Origin: Lingula anatina
Taxonomy: Eukaryota > Animalia > Brachiopoda
NCBI GenBank assembly: GCA_051362555.1
Contig: CM120640.1
Span: 15,314,001 to 15,378,000 of the forward strand
DNA length: 64,000 bases
Direction of reading: 5' to 3'
Shown here in pieces: positions 20,801-34,957 of the stretch. Both the position numbers and the translations under genes were made by a program. The number at the start of each line of letters is the position of its first letter. Positions within the stretch are counted from its first letter, which is position 1. The notes beneath the pieces were generated by a model, which ran no database searches, had not been told where the DNA came from, and saw only the letters and a program-made list of their open reading frames with translations.

Positions 20801-23800
20801 TCCAAGAACCATCCGCTGCCCGCTCCAGTTCCATCATGCCCCACCACCACACTCTTCAACTGACCAAGGTCCACTGCTTCAAGGCTAAATGTGTCACTCT
20901 GAAATCAAAATGAGATTACCCATCATGCCCTAAGTACTCATCCAGATTTTTTGTCTGGCTTGTTTATTTGCTTACAATTTCAAAGTCCACTCTTGGTCAC
21001 CATTGGGCAATATCCTATTTTCAAAGTCTTCATAAACTACTGAGGATCTTATAGGATAGGATGGGATGGTCTGCAAGAATATACTGGCCCAAACCAAAAA
21101 CAGTGGCCAGCACTATTCTACAACATTAAGCAGGCCTGGGGTCATTTTTTCTGGCATTTGGCAGAGATAATCCTCTTTTTATTACTTAGTATTTTTTTAC
21201 ATAACAAGCTGTTTTACCTGTCCACTTTCAAATTTGTTGATGTTGTTCATGGACTTCAGCAGTCGTCTTGCTCCCGTGTCACCTCTCTCCCCAATTATCT
21301 TCAGGTAGACATTAGCATTGGTGCCTCCGCCTGACTTGTCTCCAGTGTGAACTGTCACTTCATATTTATATACTGGAAAATATATATTCAAGACTTATCA
21401 TCTTTAATTACTCATACAAATACACTTCCTGAACCTTACTTTAAAGAAATATCATGAATCAAAAATTTCAAGTATTAAATAACTGTAAAAAAACACTAAT
21501 CAAGTTAGAATATTTCACCCTATCTTAAAAAGTGATTTCATGTGTATTTTCAATCAATTTAATATAATTCATTCAAATTCAAAGAGCAATGTGTTCATAC
21601 CTGGCAGTAAGAGATCCTCAGTGACAGGCCTCTCCACCCACCAGTCCTGTTCATCAGTCAGAGACACCCAACAGTTGAACTCAAACTCATAGTTAGCACC
21701 AGAATCCAAGTGCTGCAGACGGACCTGAACAAGCATAAAAACAGTCATATCACACTGATTACCTCATGTTCTTTCTTTCTTCATTCTTTGAGCATATCAC
21801 ATTGATTGCCTCATTTTCTTTCTTTCTTTATACTTTAAGCCAAATGGCTTCATCAGCCATGCAGGACATATGAATGTATTTGTCCTAAATAAACTAGCTA
21901 AATATTGGTAACCCTTTAAACTGACGAGCCATTTCTAAAGAAGTATTACAGATATGCATGCAAATGTAGAAGACGTGTGCTGAAGTATGTTCACATTTGA
22001 GGAGTTAAAAAGACATTAGGATGAAGGGAAGAATTTGTACCCTTGTGACTCACCTTTTCAAGGTACCACGAAGGTTGACCTTGTGTATCTTCACTGAACC
22101 CAACACGCAGTTTGTAGATCTTACCCAGGTTGGCTTTGGCTTTGACCTAAAAACGTACAGGTAAATGAATCATTACCGCACTTTATAAAACTAGTAAATA
22201 TATGTGTGAAGATACTAATTTGATAAGCCTAAAATCATACATACAAGCCCTTTTACATTAATAATTGACAATGGAATTTCATAAAAAAGTGATAATAAGA
22301 ACTCTATCCTTTTCATTCTTTTTCATGGAGCTTACCCTGAACTCATCAGTCGAGGCCTTGAGGAACTTCTCCTCTCTGTCATGTCCAATGGGGATTTCCT
22401 CAGAGCGGTCATTCTCTCCATACAGTATCAGCACCACTTGTGAAGAGGCATCAGCATCAGGGAGGTCACCAGTGGTGGTCCACACCTTCCACAGCTCCTC
22501 TGAATCAAATACCAGTGTGTTAGGTGTGAAATTACAGCATTGTGTTGTGTTGTATGACATCACTACAGTGTGTTGTGTTATGTAATGCTGCTGCATTGTG
22601 TTTTAATATGTGGGATTACAGCACAATGTTGTGTTGGGTCTGATAGTATAGCATTGTGTTATATTGTGTTGCCGTAGGTGTGCAATTACAGCATTGCTCA
22701 GTGGCTAAATTGGTTAAACTGCATAGAGCAGTGTGGGAAACAACAAATGAGAATGTGTTAGGTGTGACAAAATGACAAGGTGTCATGTGGGGCAAATTCA
22801 TATATTCTGTATGACAATACCCATATGATTTCCACAAGAACATCAGCTAGGTTAAGCTGTGAAAGATACTTACTTGATTCTAAATCTTCTGCTTCTTCCT
22901 CTCCACTCTCTTCACTGGCTGTTACCAACAGTTCTCTTTCCACTTTGCCATCATCCTCACCCTCATCAAGCCATCTATTGGTGGGAAATCAAAATTTTCA
23001 CAATTTTGTTTTTAAAAATTCACAAATGATAATTCATACAAAGTACAAAGAGATACAACTGAAAAATACTACATCTCTTCATAGGTCTTCACCTAAATCA
23101 ATTCATGTGAGAACTGAAAAATACCTATATGGGTAATGTTAAACATTACCCATATAGGTATGCAGTTATCTCTCTAAATTTGACACAAATATGTCACATG
23201 CATCCAATGTAGCAGTAGTATACTCACTTATTGCACAAGAATTCATATTCCTTCTCAGCATCAGCATCCTCCTTGATGACCACTTTGTCCAGGAACCAGC
23301 CAGATCCTACACCTGCACCATCATGGCCGACCACTACTTTCTGGAGATCCTTCATCCACACAGACTCCAGGTTAAATATGTCCATCTGAAATATGTTGTT
23401 TATTCACTTGTAGGGCAACTCAGTGGTCTTGGACTAAATTATGTTTCAAATGTTGGCTGTCAGAGTATACCACATTATCTTTTACAGAAAGAGAGGTCAC
23501 TGTCATGTACCTTGTTTACTCACAAAGTCAGTTGTCACAGTCCTCAAACAAACACTTAGAGTGTATTTGATCTCAAGTGCTCAAGAAATTGTGGATACAA
23601 ATAAGCATATACTCTACTTGATTTTAACTTTCCCACAGATACACGTAGGATAATATAAACACCACACTGACCCACCAAGAAACCTACCTGTCCTTCTTCA
23701 AATTTATTATCATTATTCTGAGATTTTTTCAACCATCTTTTGCCTGTCCCGCCATCTTGTCCATCTATAATGATGTATACATTGGAATCTGTCCCCGCCC

Positions 23801-26800
23801 CACTGACTGCTCCCGTGTACACTGACAACTGGTACTTGATCACTGTGAAATGAAAGTAAAAGGATAAGCATCGCAAGCAGGTCACATCCACAACAGGGAG
23901 ATCAAATAGAGCTTCAGTAAGAAAGTAACCTATTTACGACAAAAGATGTGCGTGTATAGTTTACACCATAATCTTAAACTGTGCAAAAATTTGCATAGTT
24001 CATATCTTCTTGTACAGTGTAACAATGGCAATAGAACAATCTCTTACTGAGAAGTCATTTTGAAAGAGCTACCTAAAACCTTGCAAAACATTTGACCATC
24101 TCTCAGAAGATTGAAGATACCATTAACAAAACTAAAACGATCTGATGTCAACAGGTACAAATGTATTGAATCTGAACACAGTGCTTCAGAAAATGTCAAC
24201 ACAATGCCATCTTTATACATTTATGTACAGACTTTATCTCGGGTTCTCAGTGTTTATGACACCACTAAATAAATTTAAAATTAATATAAAGCAGAGACAC
24301 TTTAAATTATGTCAACATACATGGTGCAGGGGGTATTCCTGGCCAGACCACAGGGAACTCCACCACTCCGTCACACTCCCCATCCACCCTGACCCAGCCT
24401 CTGTACTCAAATCCAAACTCCTCACTGGTGGTGTCTTTATGGAACCGTATGATGTCCATATACCAGGATGGATCCCAGGAGGTATCCACGTAACCCAGAC
24501 GTATTTTCTTCAGAGGACCTATGTCTCCAGTCACTGTAATCTAATGGGAAAAAGACAACATGTTCTTATCTAAGAATCAATTCTTCAGTGGTGAATTTGG
24601 TGATAAAAAATGCCCTTTAAACCTCTCCCCAGCACTCCACTCCCCTCTATCCTACTGTACACGTATCATACACCTCTTCCCTTTCATCCACTCAATTATA
24701 ATCCCCTCTGACCTTTTCAATACTATTTTACTCTACTCATTGATGAGACTGCCATTTAGTGAAAAAGTTGGAAAATATGGAGCGGGGGCCAGGGGGCAGC
24801 TTAGGCAAATGATATTTTTGGCTCCCCAAAAGTCTGAAATCCAATGATAGACAAATCTGATCTCTGTGTACTTCCCTCTTGCCCCTCTATTCCATTCTTT
24901 TCTCTTCTTATCCTTAAAGAATATACCTTAAACTCGTCCCACTTCCCTCTTTCCTGTCTGAACTCTTCTGAAGCCACAGGCTGCAGTGGCAGCTGGTCAG
25001 TCTCTCCCTTCTCTCCACACATCACCACATACAGCTGCTTGTTGTTGTCTGCTTCGTCCAGGTCACCTGTTAGTGTCTGCACTGTCCACTCACCCTCTGT
25101 GACCACAGATAATGAAAAATTGGAAGATGTATTATATATGCATTTGACTACATGTGCCCTTGCATATAAGGACAAGACAGATTGGGCTACAAAGATTTAA
25201 TTATCTTGGCTAAAAAATCATCTAGTTACTAACCAAGAAGCAAGCCAACTGATAGAACCTTAAGAAAGTTTTGAATTGAATGAAAATGTATAACAAGGCA
25301 ATATTCCTTTTCTGAAAGAAACACTGTAGTCTACATTCTTCATATTTTCTTCCTATTTGTCATTACCTGCAATACCCCCTCCTTCCTTAGCTGTAGGTTG
25401 CATGGCTTCACACAGCCTGGTTTCACTCTCAGTCAGCTCAATGTCTACTGCTTCGTCTTTATTTCCAGTATCTCCCAGCCACCTAAAACAGAAAAATTCA
25501 TGTACTTTATAAGGGAATACTTAATGTTGAATTATTCTTTGTCCTCTCAATCGATGTCTTCTTCAGTATATGTCTGTCTCCATCTGGTTATAACAATGGT
25601 TTTATGCTGTCTGACCCTTACTACAGGAATTACATGTAATTATTCACAAGTCTTGATATCCCAGTCCAAATTAGTAAAAGAAGTTGCCTAGGGAGTAATA
25701 ACTTCCAGACTGAGTCAATCAGTACCCAAGTCTTCCTGGGAAATTCACTAGTTACCTGCAGGACCATGTTTCCATATACCCTGTAACTTTGATTTAAGCT
25801 GTGAACACCTATCTACAAAATTATAAGACTTGAATGATCTGATCAGAAAAAGAAGACCTCAAACTTCCTTACATAAAGACTTACTTATCATAAATGAAGA
25901 CTTTTTCCTCTGCCAAGCCCTCCTCCCTGATGATCATTTCTTTGAAAAGCCAGGGGTCACCGGGTCCCTTGGTGACCATGACCTTCTGAATGTCACCAAG
26001 GTCAACTGCTTCTATCAAGAACTCATCCACCTTTTGGGAATAAATAGAGGTAAAATCAATTATTTGACACAATTAATTTGTTTTAAAAAGAAAAAGGTTG
26101 AGAATGAAAATAATTATGTAGCATTCCCAATGCTCCTCTTCATTCCACAACCATTTTTTATTTCTTCAAAAAATGTAGTTAAAACATCTTTAAAGTAAAT
26201 TTCCACAAATAATTTTATATACTAGGCATAAAAGATTTGTAAGATTACTCCTTAACCTTTAATATCTTGATAACATCAAGTTTCAATCATACCTGTCCTT
26301 TCTGAAACTTGATGGAGTCATTTTTGTTCACAGATAACATCCTTTTCCCAGAGTCTCCCAAGGTGCCAATGACGTTGACAAAGATGTTGGAGAAAGTGCC
26401 AGCATCTACTCCCTCCTGGACATCACCAGTACATATGGAGACAGTGTATGGGACCACTGAATTAAAATGGTTAAAAATTTGATTTTATTAGTTTCATTTC
26501 TATATATTATTATAATACTATATCTATCACTGCTTGGTATTCTGAACAAATGCACTTCAAGGATAAATCACAATACTGTAAACAAGAAATTAGAAACAAA
26601 CAATATAAGAAAACATCTAGATCAGGCAAGATCCATCTTTCTGTAACCCCTGTAACCCCTTTTTATGTTAAAAATCATGATAATTTCATAGAAAAGAATA
26701 TTGTTTATCTGTCATCAACCAATCAACTTATCATTATTATTAAATCAGCATTTTCCCCTAATAAGTCCTACTGACTATTGATAAAGTCCTTCAAAATTGC

Positions 26801-29800
26801 AGTACAATGACATTGCATTTATTCTTACCTGGGGCCACCCACTTCCCAGTCCTGGCCACTGGCAGTTCCTCCACAGAGCTGGTGTTGTCTCCCAGCCATT
26901 TGGTAAAATTGAAATGCAGCATTTCTTTGGTATGGGTATCTTCCATAGTGAGCTTAAATGGAGAAAACAAAAATAAAATATTTATGTATCATGGACTCAG
27001 AGCACTGTTCAACAATTTAGATATTATAGGTGTAATAAAAGACATATTTTGAACTTTGTTTACCTCCTTGATGAACCAGGTCACATCCTGTTGTTCTTGG
27101 CAGACTCTGATCTTCTTAAGATCACCAATTTGTCCAACAGATACCTGGAGGAAGAGGAGCAGAGAAGTTAAACACCAATTTTTAAGAAGAAATCAAATGT
27201 TTTTGTAGATTCAGCTCAATTGCTATGTTATATCAAACAAATCTATTGGAATGAATTTAGTCTTTGGTGCATGTAAATGTAGAGGTTGAAATTTTACAAA
27301 CAGTGCCTAACTAGAATCTACATAAAACTCAAACAAATTCTCTGGAACCAAACCATCTGAAATATGAAAAGTCTATTGCACCACATGAATATTTCCCTTC
27401 TCAAATTATGATTTATATTTCTACAGAGACCTGTATCTGATATGTAAAAATGACACCATACACTTACATGACATTCCTGTGAATCTGGCTCGGATTGTTT
27501 TTCTGCTGAGTCATCCTTGAGTTCAAAGGGTCCTGCTGTGTTCTCTTCTCCTATCACAGTAAGGGTCACAGGGGCAGAGGGGGTGCCGTTCTGAGGCACA
27601 GTGACTATCTTCACCTTCCATTCACCTTCTATAAAGTAGTGGCAATGAATTTCATAAGCTGTGTTATGTACTCAAAGTTACAATGTAGTAATTACCAATT
27701 TATTTTTCAAATAATTCTACTTATCATTTTAGCTTTCCAGGGTTTATTGTTTTTAGACACCCAAAAAACGTATTTTTTGACACAAACCAACTAACTTTTC
27801 AAAACTTTTAAATTAAGTATTCACTTATTACTAACAAACAATTTTGGTCATATGTCATATTTTCACAGTTTATTTATAAACAGTCAAATTTTTTAGCTTA
27901 TCTCTCATATCCATAACTTACTGGACTCCAGCTCTTCAGAGGGTCCTTTCAGAGGTACCTCAGACATAGGCAGAAGTTCCCTCTCCAGCTGACCATCTCC
28001 TATCTCGCTGTCCAGCCATCTAAAACACAACATGTCCAATAAATATTTTTTTCATGTTACCTAAATAGAACAGTAATACATCAATCACAAAAATAAAAAG
28101 TGAAGTATATTCATCTGTTTTTCTTGCACTAAAATATATCAAAATACAGATATCAAGTGGCAAATTCAATGTACATAGCCTGCAGAGTCCAAGGATAACT
28201 TTTATGAGTATTTATATTGTACATTATAGGTAAGAAACATCATATTTTCAGCTTGTGAAATTCATCTTTGAATTGTATAAAAGTACAGAGAACAACCAAA
28301 CAAAATCAGATATTCCTCACCTGTGACATGGGAAAATAAGCTCATATTCTGGTGGGCTATCACCCTCATCCTTAACTTTGTCTTGTTCTTCCTCTGTTTC
28401 CTGACTCTCTTCCTTTGTTTCTTCTTTCCTTCTCACTGTGACAGACTCACAGAACCACCCTGCGCCATAGCCTTCGGTAGTATGTCCAACTATTACTTTC
28501 TCCAACTTTCCTAAATCTAAGCCTGATATATGGAATGTGTCAGACTAGAGGAAAATGAAAAAGAAAATACTATTAATTTTTTGTTATTTGTAAAGAAAAC
28601 ACTTCTTGTGAATAAATAAATAAATTTCGGGCAAGCAATCCACAAAAATCTCTGGGAGGGCAAATGCAACACCACAGCATGTGTACAGGGGCGGATCTAG
28701 AGATATTTTCTGACAGTCTTCCAAATTATCTTTGTTGATCCATCCTCCATTTTGACCAGAAAACACACGATACCCGTCAATGTAAACTTGAAAATCTGAC
28801 CGTCTTCTGGAAGACCCAGAAGACGGCCTAAATCCGCCCCTGTGTGTATGCTCACTAACTGTACCCCTTGTACTACTCACCTGTCCCTTCCTGAAGTTGA
28901 CATTATTAAGAGTGGTAGTGTCAGAGGCCACAGTCTGTGTGAGAGCTCTCCTCCCTGTGTCTCCCCACTCTCCCACCAACATACAGTACACATCAGCTCT
29001 TGTCTCTGCCCCTGGCTGGTGTCCTGTTGTCAAACTGACCACATAAGTGACATCTGAAATATCATGGTGACATATACCCTCAGTTTCAGTTCTGATTCAT
29101 GCCAGTTTTTTTTATTTTCAAATCTCCATACATGGGGATATTATTATGTGAAAACGTGAAGAAAAAAAGATGGCTTTGATATGCAGGCTAGGTGAATATA
29201 ACATAGTAAAATTAATGGAAAATTCATACTCATATAGCATGTCTTAGCGCAAAGTAATAAGCCACAACTTCCACTTTGAGATTGTAGATTCCTAGGCTTT
29301 GGTCTCCTGTAAGGCCAATATAGGGATAAATTGTTTCTGGTATAGACTGCACTTAATATTAGCTAAAATATGAAGTGGGGTTGGCAGCTGTATGAATATG
29401 TATTTACTGGTATATAGAACGACTGGATATCTTCCATATTTCTTCTGGTAAAAAGAACGCTTTCCATGTATCAGACTATCTTTAAATTTCCAGTTTTCTC
29501 ACCTTGCAGTGGCATGATATCAGGCCACACAGCAGGCAGCTCTACACATCCACTAGGGTTCTCTGCCGTCATCCTGAGCCAGTTGTCATAGGCAAAGTGG
29601 AACTCTTGCCCTGTATCCTGATCTTTCAGCTTCATCTGTAATATTGTGAATGAACATTTTCATTTTTCATTAAATTTGACATCTGCATTTGTTTATCTGT
29701 TTGTTAGTGGACAAGATATCTTAAAAAGCTTTTCACAAAATTTAAAATTTTCACTGAAACAATTCATATTTTTTTTCTTTGCAGAGGACTGCACTCTTTA

Positions 29801-32800
29801 ATCTTAATTTCTTTTTATATGTAAGATTGTTTTAGATCATATTTTTCCTTAAATTGATTAAAATGAAAATTGATGGTACTGTATAGTTCATAGCTGTTAT
29901 AACTGCTGACATATATAGTAAGTACAAATAAACAAAGCTACAACAAATGCCTTAACGGATGCTGAGCAACACACAGCACATCATTATAGAGGCCTCAGTC
30001 CGTAAGACAGCTTACCTTGCTGAGGTAGAATGTCTCCATCTCAGAACTCTGCAGTGCTAGTTGTACTTTGTAGATATTCCCAATGTCACCAACTGAGATC
30101 TGCAACAGAATTCATTTGCGAAATAAGCACACTCCATATCAATTAGAAGTGGAACTTTTTTTCCAACAAAGGTATAGATAGGAATACACTACCATTCAGG
30201 AACATTTAGTCCTCAAATTCATAACTTATCAGCCTGTTCTTGCTTAGTTATGTTTATATGATATATAAATTACCTGCAGTGAACTTTGAGGTGATTTAAA
30301 TTTGTTTAGACACTATAACAATAACTCTTTATTAAAAATAAAAATGCTATTTTCATTCAAAATATAACATAAAATTATTTGACTGCAGAAAAAAATTCAC
30401 ATACCTTGAAATCATCTGTCATCCCTGGCTTAAACCCTTCTCCTTCTTCTTTGCACAGGGGTATCTGGTCACTTTTTCCCTGGACACCATAGACGACCAT
30501 GGTCAGTGTGGCAGTGGTCCCTGCATCCTCTAACCCTCCTGTGGTTATCCATGCTGCCCAGTTACCTTTGCTGGACTCTGGCTCCATCTCTTTAACTGAT
30601 AAAATTAAAACACAGACATTTAAACTTGCCATCATTGATGTTATGTGGTTGTTGCAATGTGACAGAAAACACTTCCCAGAAATACACTATAAACCCACAA
30701 TTTAATTTTGTATTCAAAGTTCATCAAAGATCATCAAATTAATTAAAATACAGAGGCCATGCTTCTTTTAAGTTTATACACCCAGAACTTCATTTTCTAA
30801 TCAAAGTGAGTTAAAGCTGTTCTAGAACTATTCTAAACATGATACTTACTTGCTCTGGTCTCCTTTTCAATGTATGGCACTTCTTGGACATCATCTGTAA
30901 AAAGAGACCCCAATTGTTGTCAAGAGATAGTTAAATGTGCCATATTAATCCCTATACTGGGCTAACACACACACACACACAAGCACTCATATGTATGAGC
31001 ACACATCCACTTGCATGCACACATGCATCCACATATGCGTGCACACACACACACACACACACACATGCACACACACACAAACACACACCCACACATTATG
31101 AATAGCAAAACATTGTTTAGAATCAACAGGAGCAAACATCAGAAATCAACCCTACCTGCTGGGAAGAGTTCCATCTCCACTTTCTTGTCCTCTTCATGAT
31201 CGTCCAGCCAGTGTCCACATGGGAAAATGACCTCCCTGTCTGACCCGTCCGTTTCCTTGACCACAACCTTGTCCAAGAAAATACCAGCTCCGTGTCCCCT
31301 GCCGTCATGGCTGACCACAACCTTGGTCAAGTCCTCTAAGGACACTGCCTCCAGTTTGAACACATCCACCTGGGGATGGACAGATCAGGTCACATTTTAT
31401 GTTCCAGAGGCAACACTTAATTAGTTCTTAAATTACGTAATTCTTGAGAAAGAGAGATACAGAAAGAAATAATGCAGAGAAAGATATCTTGAGCAATGAA
31501 GGTAGCAATATTGACTGACAACCAGACAGATGAATGAATTAAGTAGAAGAGAAACAGTACATTCAGACAAACTATAGAAGAATCAGAAAGCCAGACAGTC
31601 AGACAGACCTGTTCTCTCTGGAACTTGCAGTCATTTTCTAAGGAATGGTACAGCTTTCTCTTGCCACTGTCCCCCTTGCTGCCACACAGGGTGATGTAGA
31701 GGTTGGCATCGCAGTCAGCTGCCCACCGTCTCCCAGTGTACACAGATACCTCATAATGTTGCACTGGTAGTAAAAGTATAGGAATGAGTTAAAACATGAA
31801 GAGTCACCTGTATGAAAAGCCACAAGAATATTAGAAGTAAATTCTGGTGCAGATACAAAAATAATATAAAATATTCAAAGTAGACATTTTTTCCAAATTT
31901 CAGCAATATATTTTAATACAACAGAAGTCTCAGTAATTGTTCTCCAATTTACCCTTTTCGAAGTTCTTCATCTAAAAAACCTAAATGCAAGTTTTGAAGG
32001 ATATCGATCTTATTTTCTTTCAACATCATTCTAAATCATATAAAAAATAAATTATGTACTTGGAAGCACTTCTTTTCCATCCTTCTGTACGGCCATCTCC
32101 CTGACCACATCATGGTCATCCATGTCTCTGGACATCCACCGGTCAAAACGGAATATGAAGGATTCCTCAGTGTGTTTGTCTTGGAGAATCACCTATAGTG
32201 CCAAAAATTATTCCATTTAAAATAATGAAACCTAATTTTTAAAGGGACTTTATGAATTTATCTAGGTGTTTACAATCGTCATTTCTAATTAGAATATTTG
32301 CATAATGAAGTCTTTCCCATTCATAAGCTAGAAAACAAACATTATCTTTCCTTCCCCTAAGTCAAAATAAACTACTAAATTATTTTTTTCAATAAATCAA
32401 TTAATAAATCATTAAAAATTTTTTCAATAAGGCAACTGTATAATTTGATACTTGTACTCTTGTAATAATGACATTTGTATTGTCAATCTATACATATGTG
32501 CGTATGTCTATTTGTGTCCAATATAGCAAAAAAAAAAAAAAGAACATCCTGACCTCTTCCAAGTGCCATGCCTCCCAACCTTTGCCTTCTTCCATTCCGA
32601 CACGAATCTTGTACAGATCACCAATGTCACCAGTATTAATCTAAAACCCAAAGTTTGAAACTGAGAATGTTGTTTCCAAGAGAAAGAAAGTGGACTCTGC
32701 ATAACTTGGATATTATGACCACCAGAAAAAGTTTTGACGGATCAAAAAGATTCAAGTGAGAAAACATTCATATTAGCATCTGAATCAGCTTATACTAAAG

Positions 32801-34873
32801 GAAAATCCATTCCATAATATGTTTGAGATAAATGATAATTTGAGCTATTAAAATGTTGAATTATGCAGAATTTTCTGTAGTAAAAAAAATGAACATCATA
32901 TGATACTGTCAGCATGACTTTTGACATATTTACATTTATTTAAACCAAAGACAATAATAATGAAAGACTTGTGCTTTAAATATGTTTTTAAGAAATTTCA
33001 AGTTTTTAATTCAAACTCATGATTTCAATGTGTATTGGTAAATTAAGAACAATTTCTCATGTATATTTTATTTGTTATTATCTGAATAAATTATCATTAT
33101 TATTTCATCAAATGCCGGTGTCCATATGCATATATACTCACCTGGAACTCATCAATATTTCCTGCCTCAAATAGTTTGTGCGGTGCCCCCAGTGCCCAAA
33201 GTTCAAAGTCTTCACTCACTCCCTCCTCCCCATACACAGTGATGACTGCCTTAGAGTCATTGGAGGGTTTGGAGTCTTTTGCAGTAGTCACCAGGACTCC
33301 ATAAACGCCCCCTATAGGAGGAAATCAGAACAAATGAAGTCAATGCTATTGTAAACACTATTTCCACAGCTAACATTTCTTTTATTCTTTGTATACCTCA
33401 CTATCAATGTCCACTTCAAAAACTATAAAGATATTTAGTGTATGATAAATTAGTTTTGGCTTTGTTATAGATCAATCAAGCCCCCAAAAATCATTTATTA
33501 CAAGCCATAATGTGTTTCGGATGAATTCAACATTGTTCAGAGGTAAGAGAAAAGGCTTCATTTAGCACCCCAGCTTTGATTCTCAATGGCTGTTTTCTAA
33601 AATCACATAGTGAAATCAAAACTTACTAGATTTATTTTCTTCTTTTTTATCTTCCTTTATGTCTTCTTCTTTTTCTGAAAGTAAGAAGGGGTGAACAAAT
33701 TATGAAAAGTATCAAATCATGAAACAAATTGTTAGTGTATTTCAAAATATTTCACTTTAATTTTTTATTAAAAGACACTTATGAAAATATACCAGACTCC
33801 TATCACATGAAAAACTTTCTTGCTTAAATGCAATGTTTTGCCTGTTAGTTTCTCTTGCACGAGACAGATATTATTGCAAACAATACTGGTTATAACATTA
33901 AAGATTTACTTATTTGATAAAGTCTTATATCTTTAAACTGCTTTGAAAGGAAAGATAAGGTAATGTATTAAATGTGGTATGCTGAAGCTAGTGCTGGACA
34001 TGCCTCAGTGACATTTCTGACTGTCATTTAATTATGACAATAACATGGCAATGACTCAAATTAAAACCACAAAGTTTACAATGCTTGCTATCATAAAATG
34101 TTAATATAACAAATAATATCGGGTAAACATAGAATACTCATGGTGTGTGAATGAATTATTCTGTGACCAAAATGATTTCTGTGATCAAAATGTGCTGAAG
34201 CAGAATATAAAATTCTTACATCTTTTATCATCTAAAAATTGCCACTGATTTAGTGTGAATAAGCAGAAGTCCGGGCTGAAGGAATCAAGCAAATAGAAGT
34301 AGCCTACTAACTCTTCTTCTTTAAAGAAGCAAAAGAGCCAGCATAAAGAGCTTTCCTGAGTAACCTAGCCATTCTTGATGCTGCTTTAGTCAGGAAAAGT
34401 AGGAGACAACCAATTAAAACAGCATTTACTCTGTATAACCCATTTTCAGACATTTCTGCATGCAGGATAAGATAATATCTATTTCAAAGCTATCAACATG
34501 TCTCTTTCAACCTGAACAGAGAGGAAGTTGTCTATTAAATTATTCAGTAGTACAAGAAGTACCAATTCAGTTTTTCTTGTTCCAAATTTATGTCAATGAA
34601 TTAACAGAGACACAATTTTAAAATGAATTGGGTTAAAAGAGACTTCATATGGCAATTACTTAAAATTTCAAGTGCCTCACTTTTTGTCATTTTATACTTT
34701 AGATGCTTACAAATATGACTTGAAGCATACTTACATTTTTTAACTTTTGAATTAATATTTTTAGGTATTACCAACAAAACATATTCTTTTTTTATCTGGT
34801 TCTTTGGGGGGTGGAGTTTTATTCATTGTTATGCAAATTTCTTGGGGAATTACCAAATACATGTATATTAAGG

Positions 34874-34957
<84 letters not shown>

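Noticed and set aside
22500-22800. Recurrent GTGTTAGGTGTG / TTACAGCATTG motifs resembling a repeat-spacer array
   Set aside because: Degenerate intronic low-complexity repeats with irregular spacing in eukaryotic DNA; not CRISPR.
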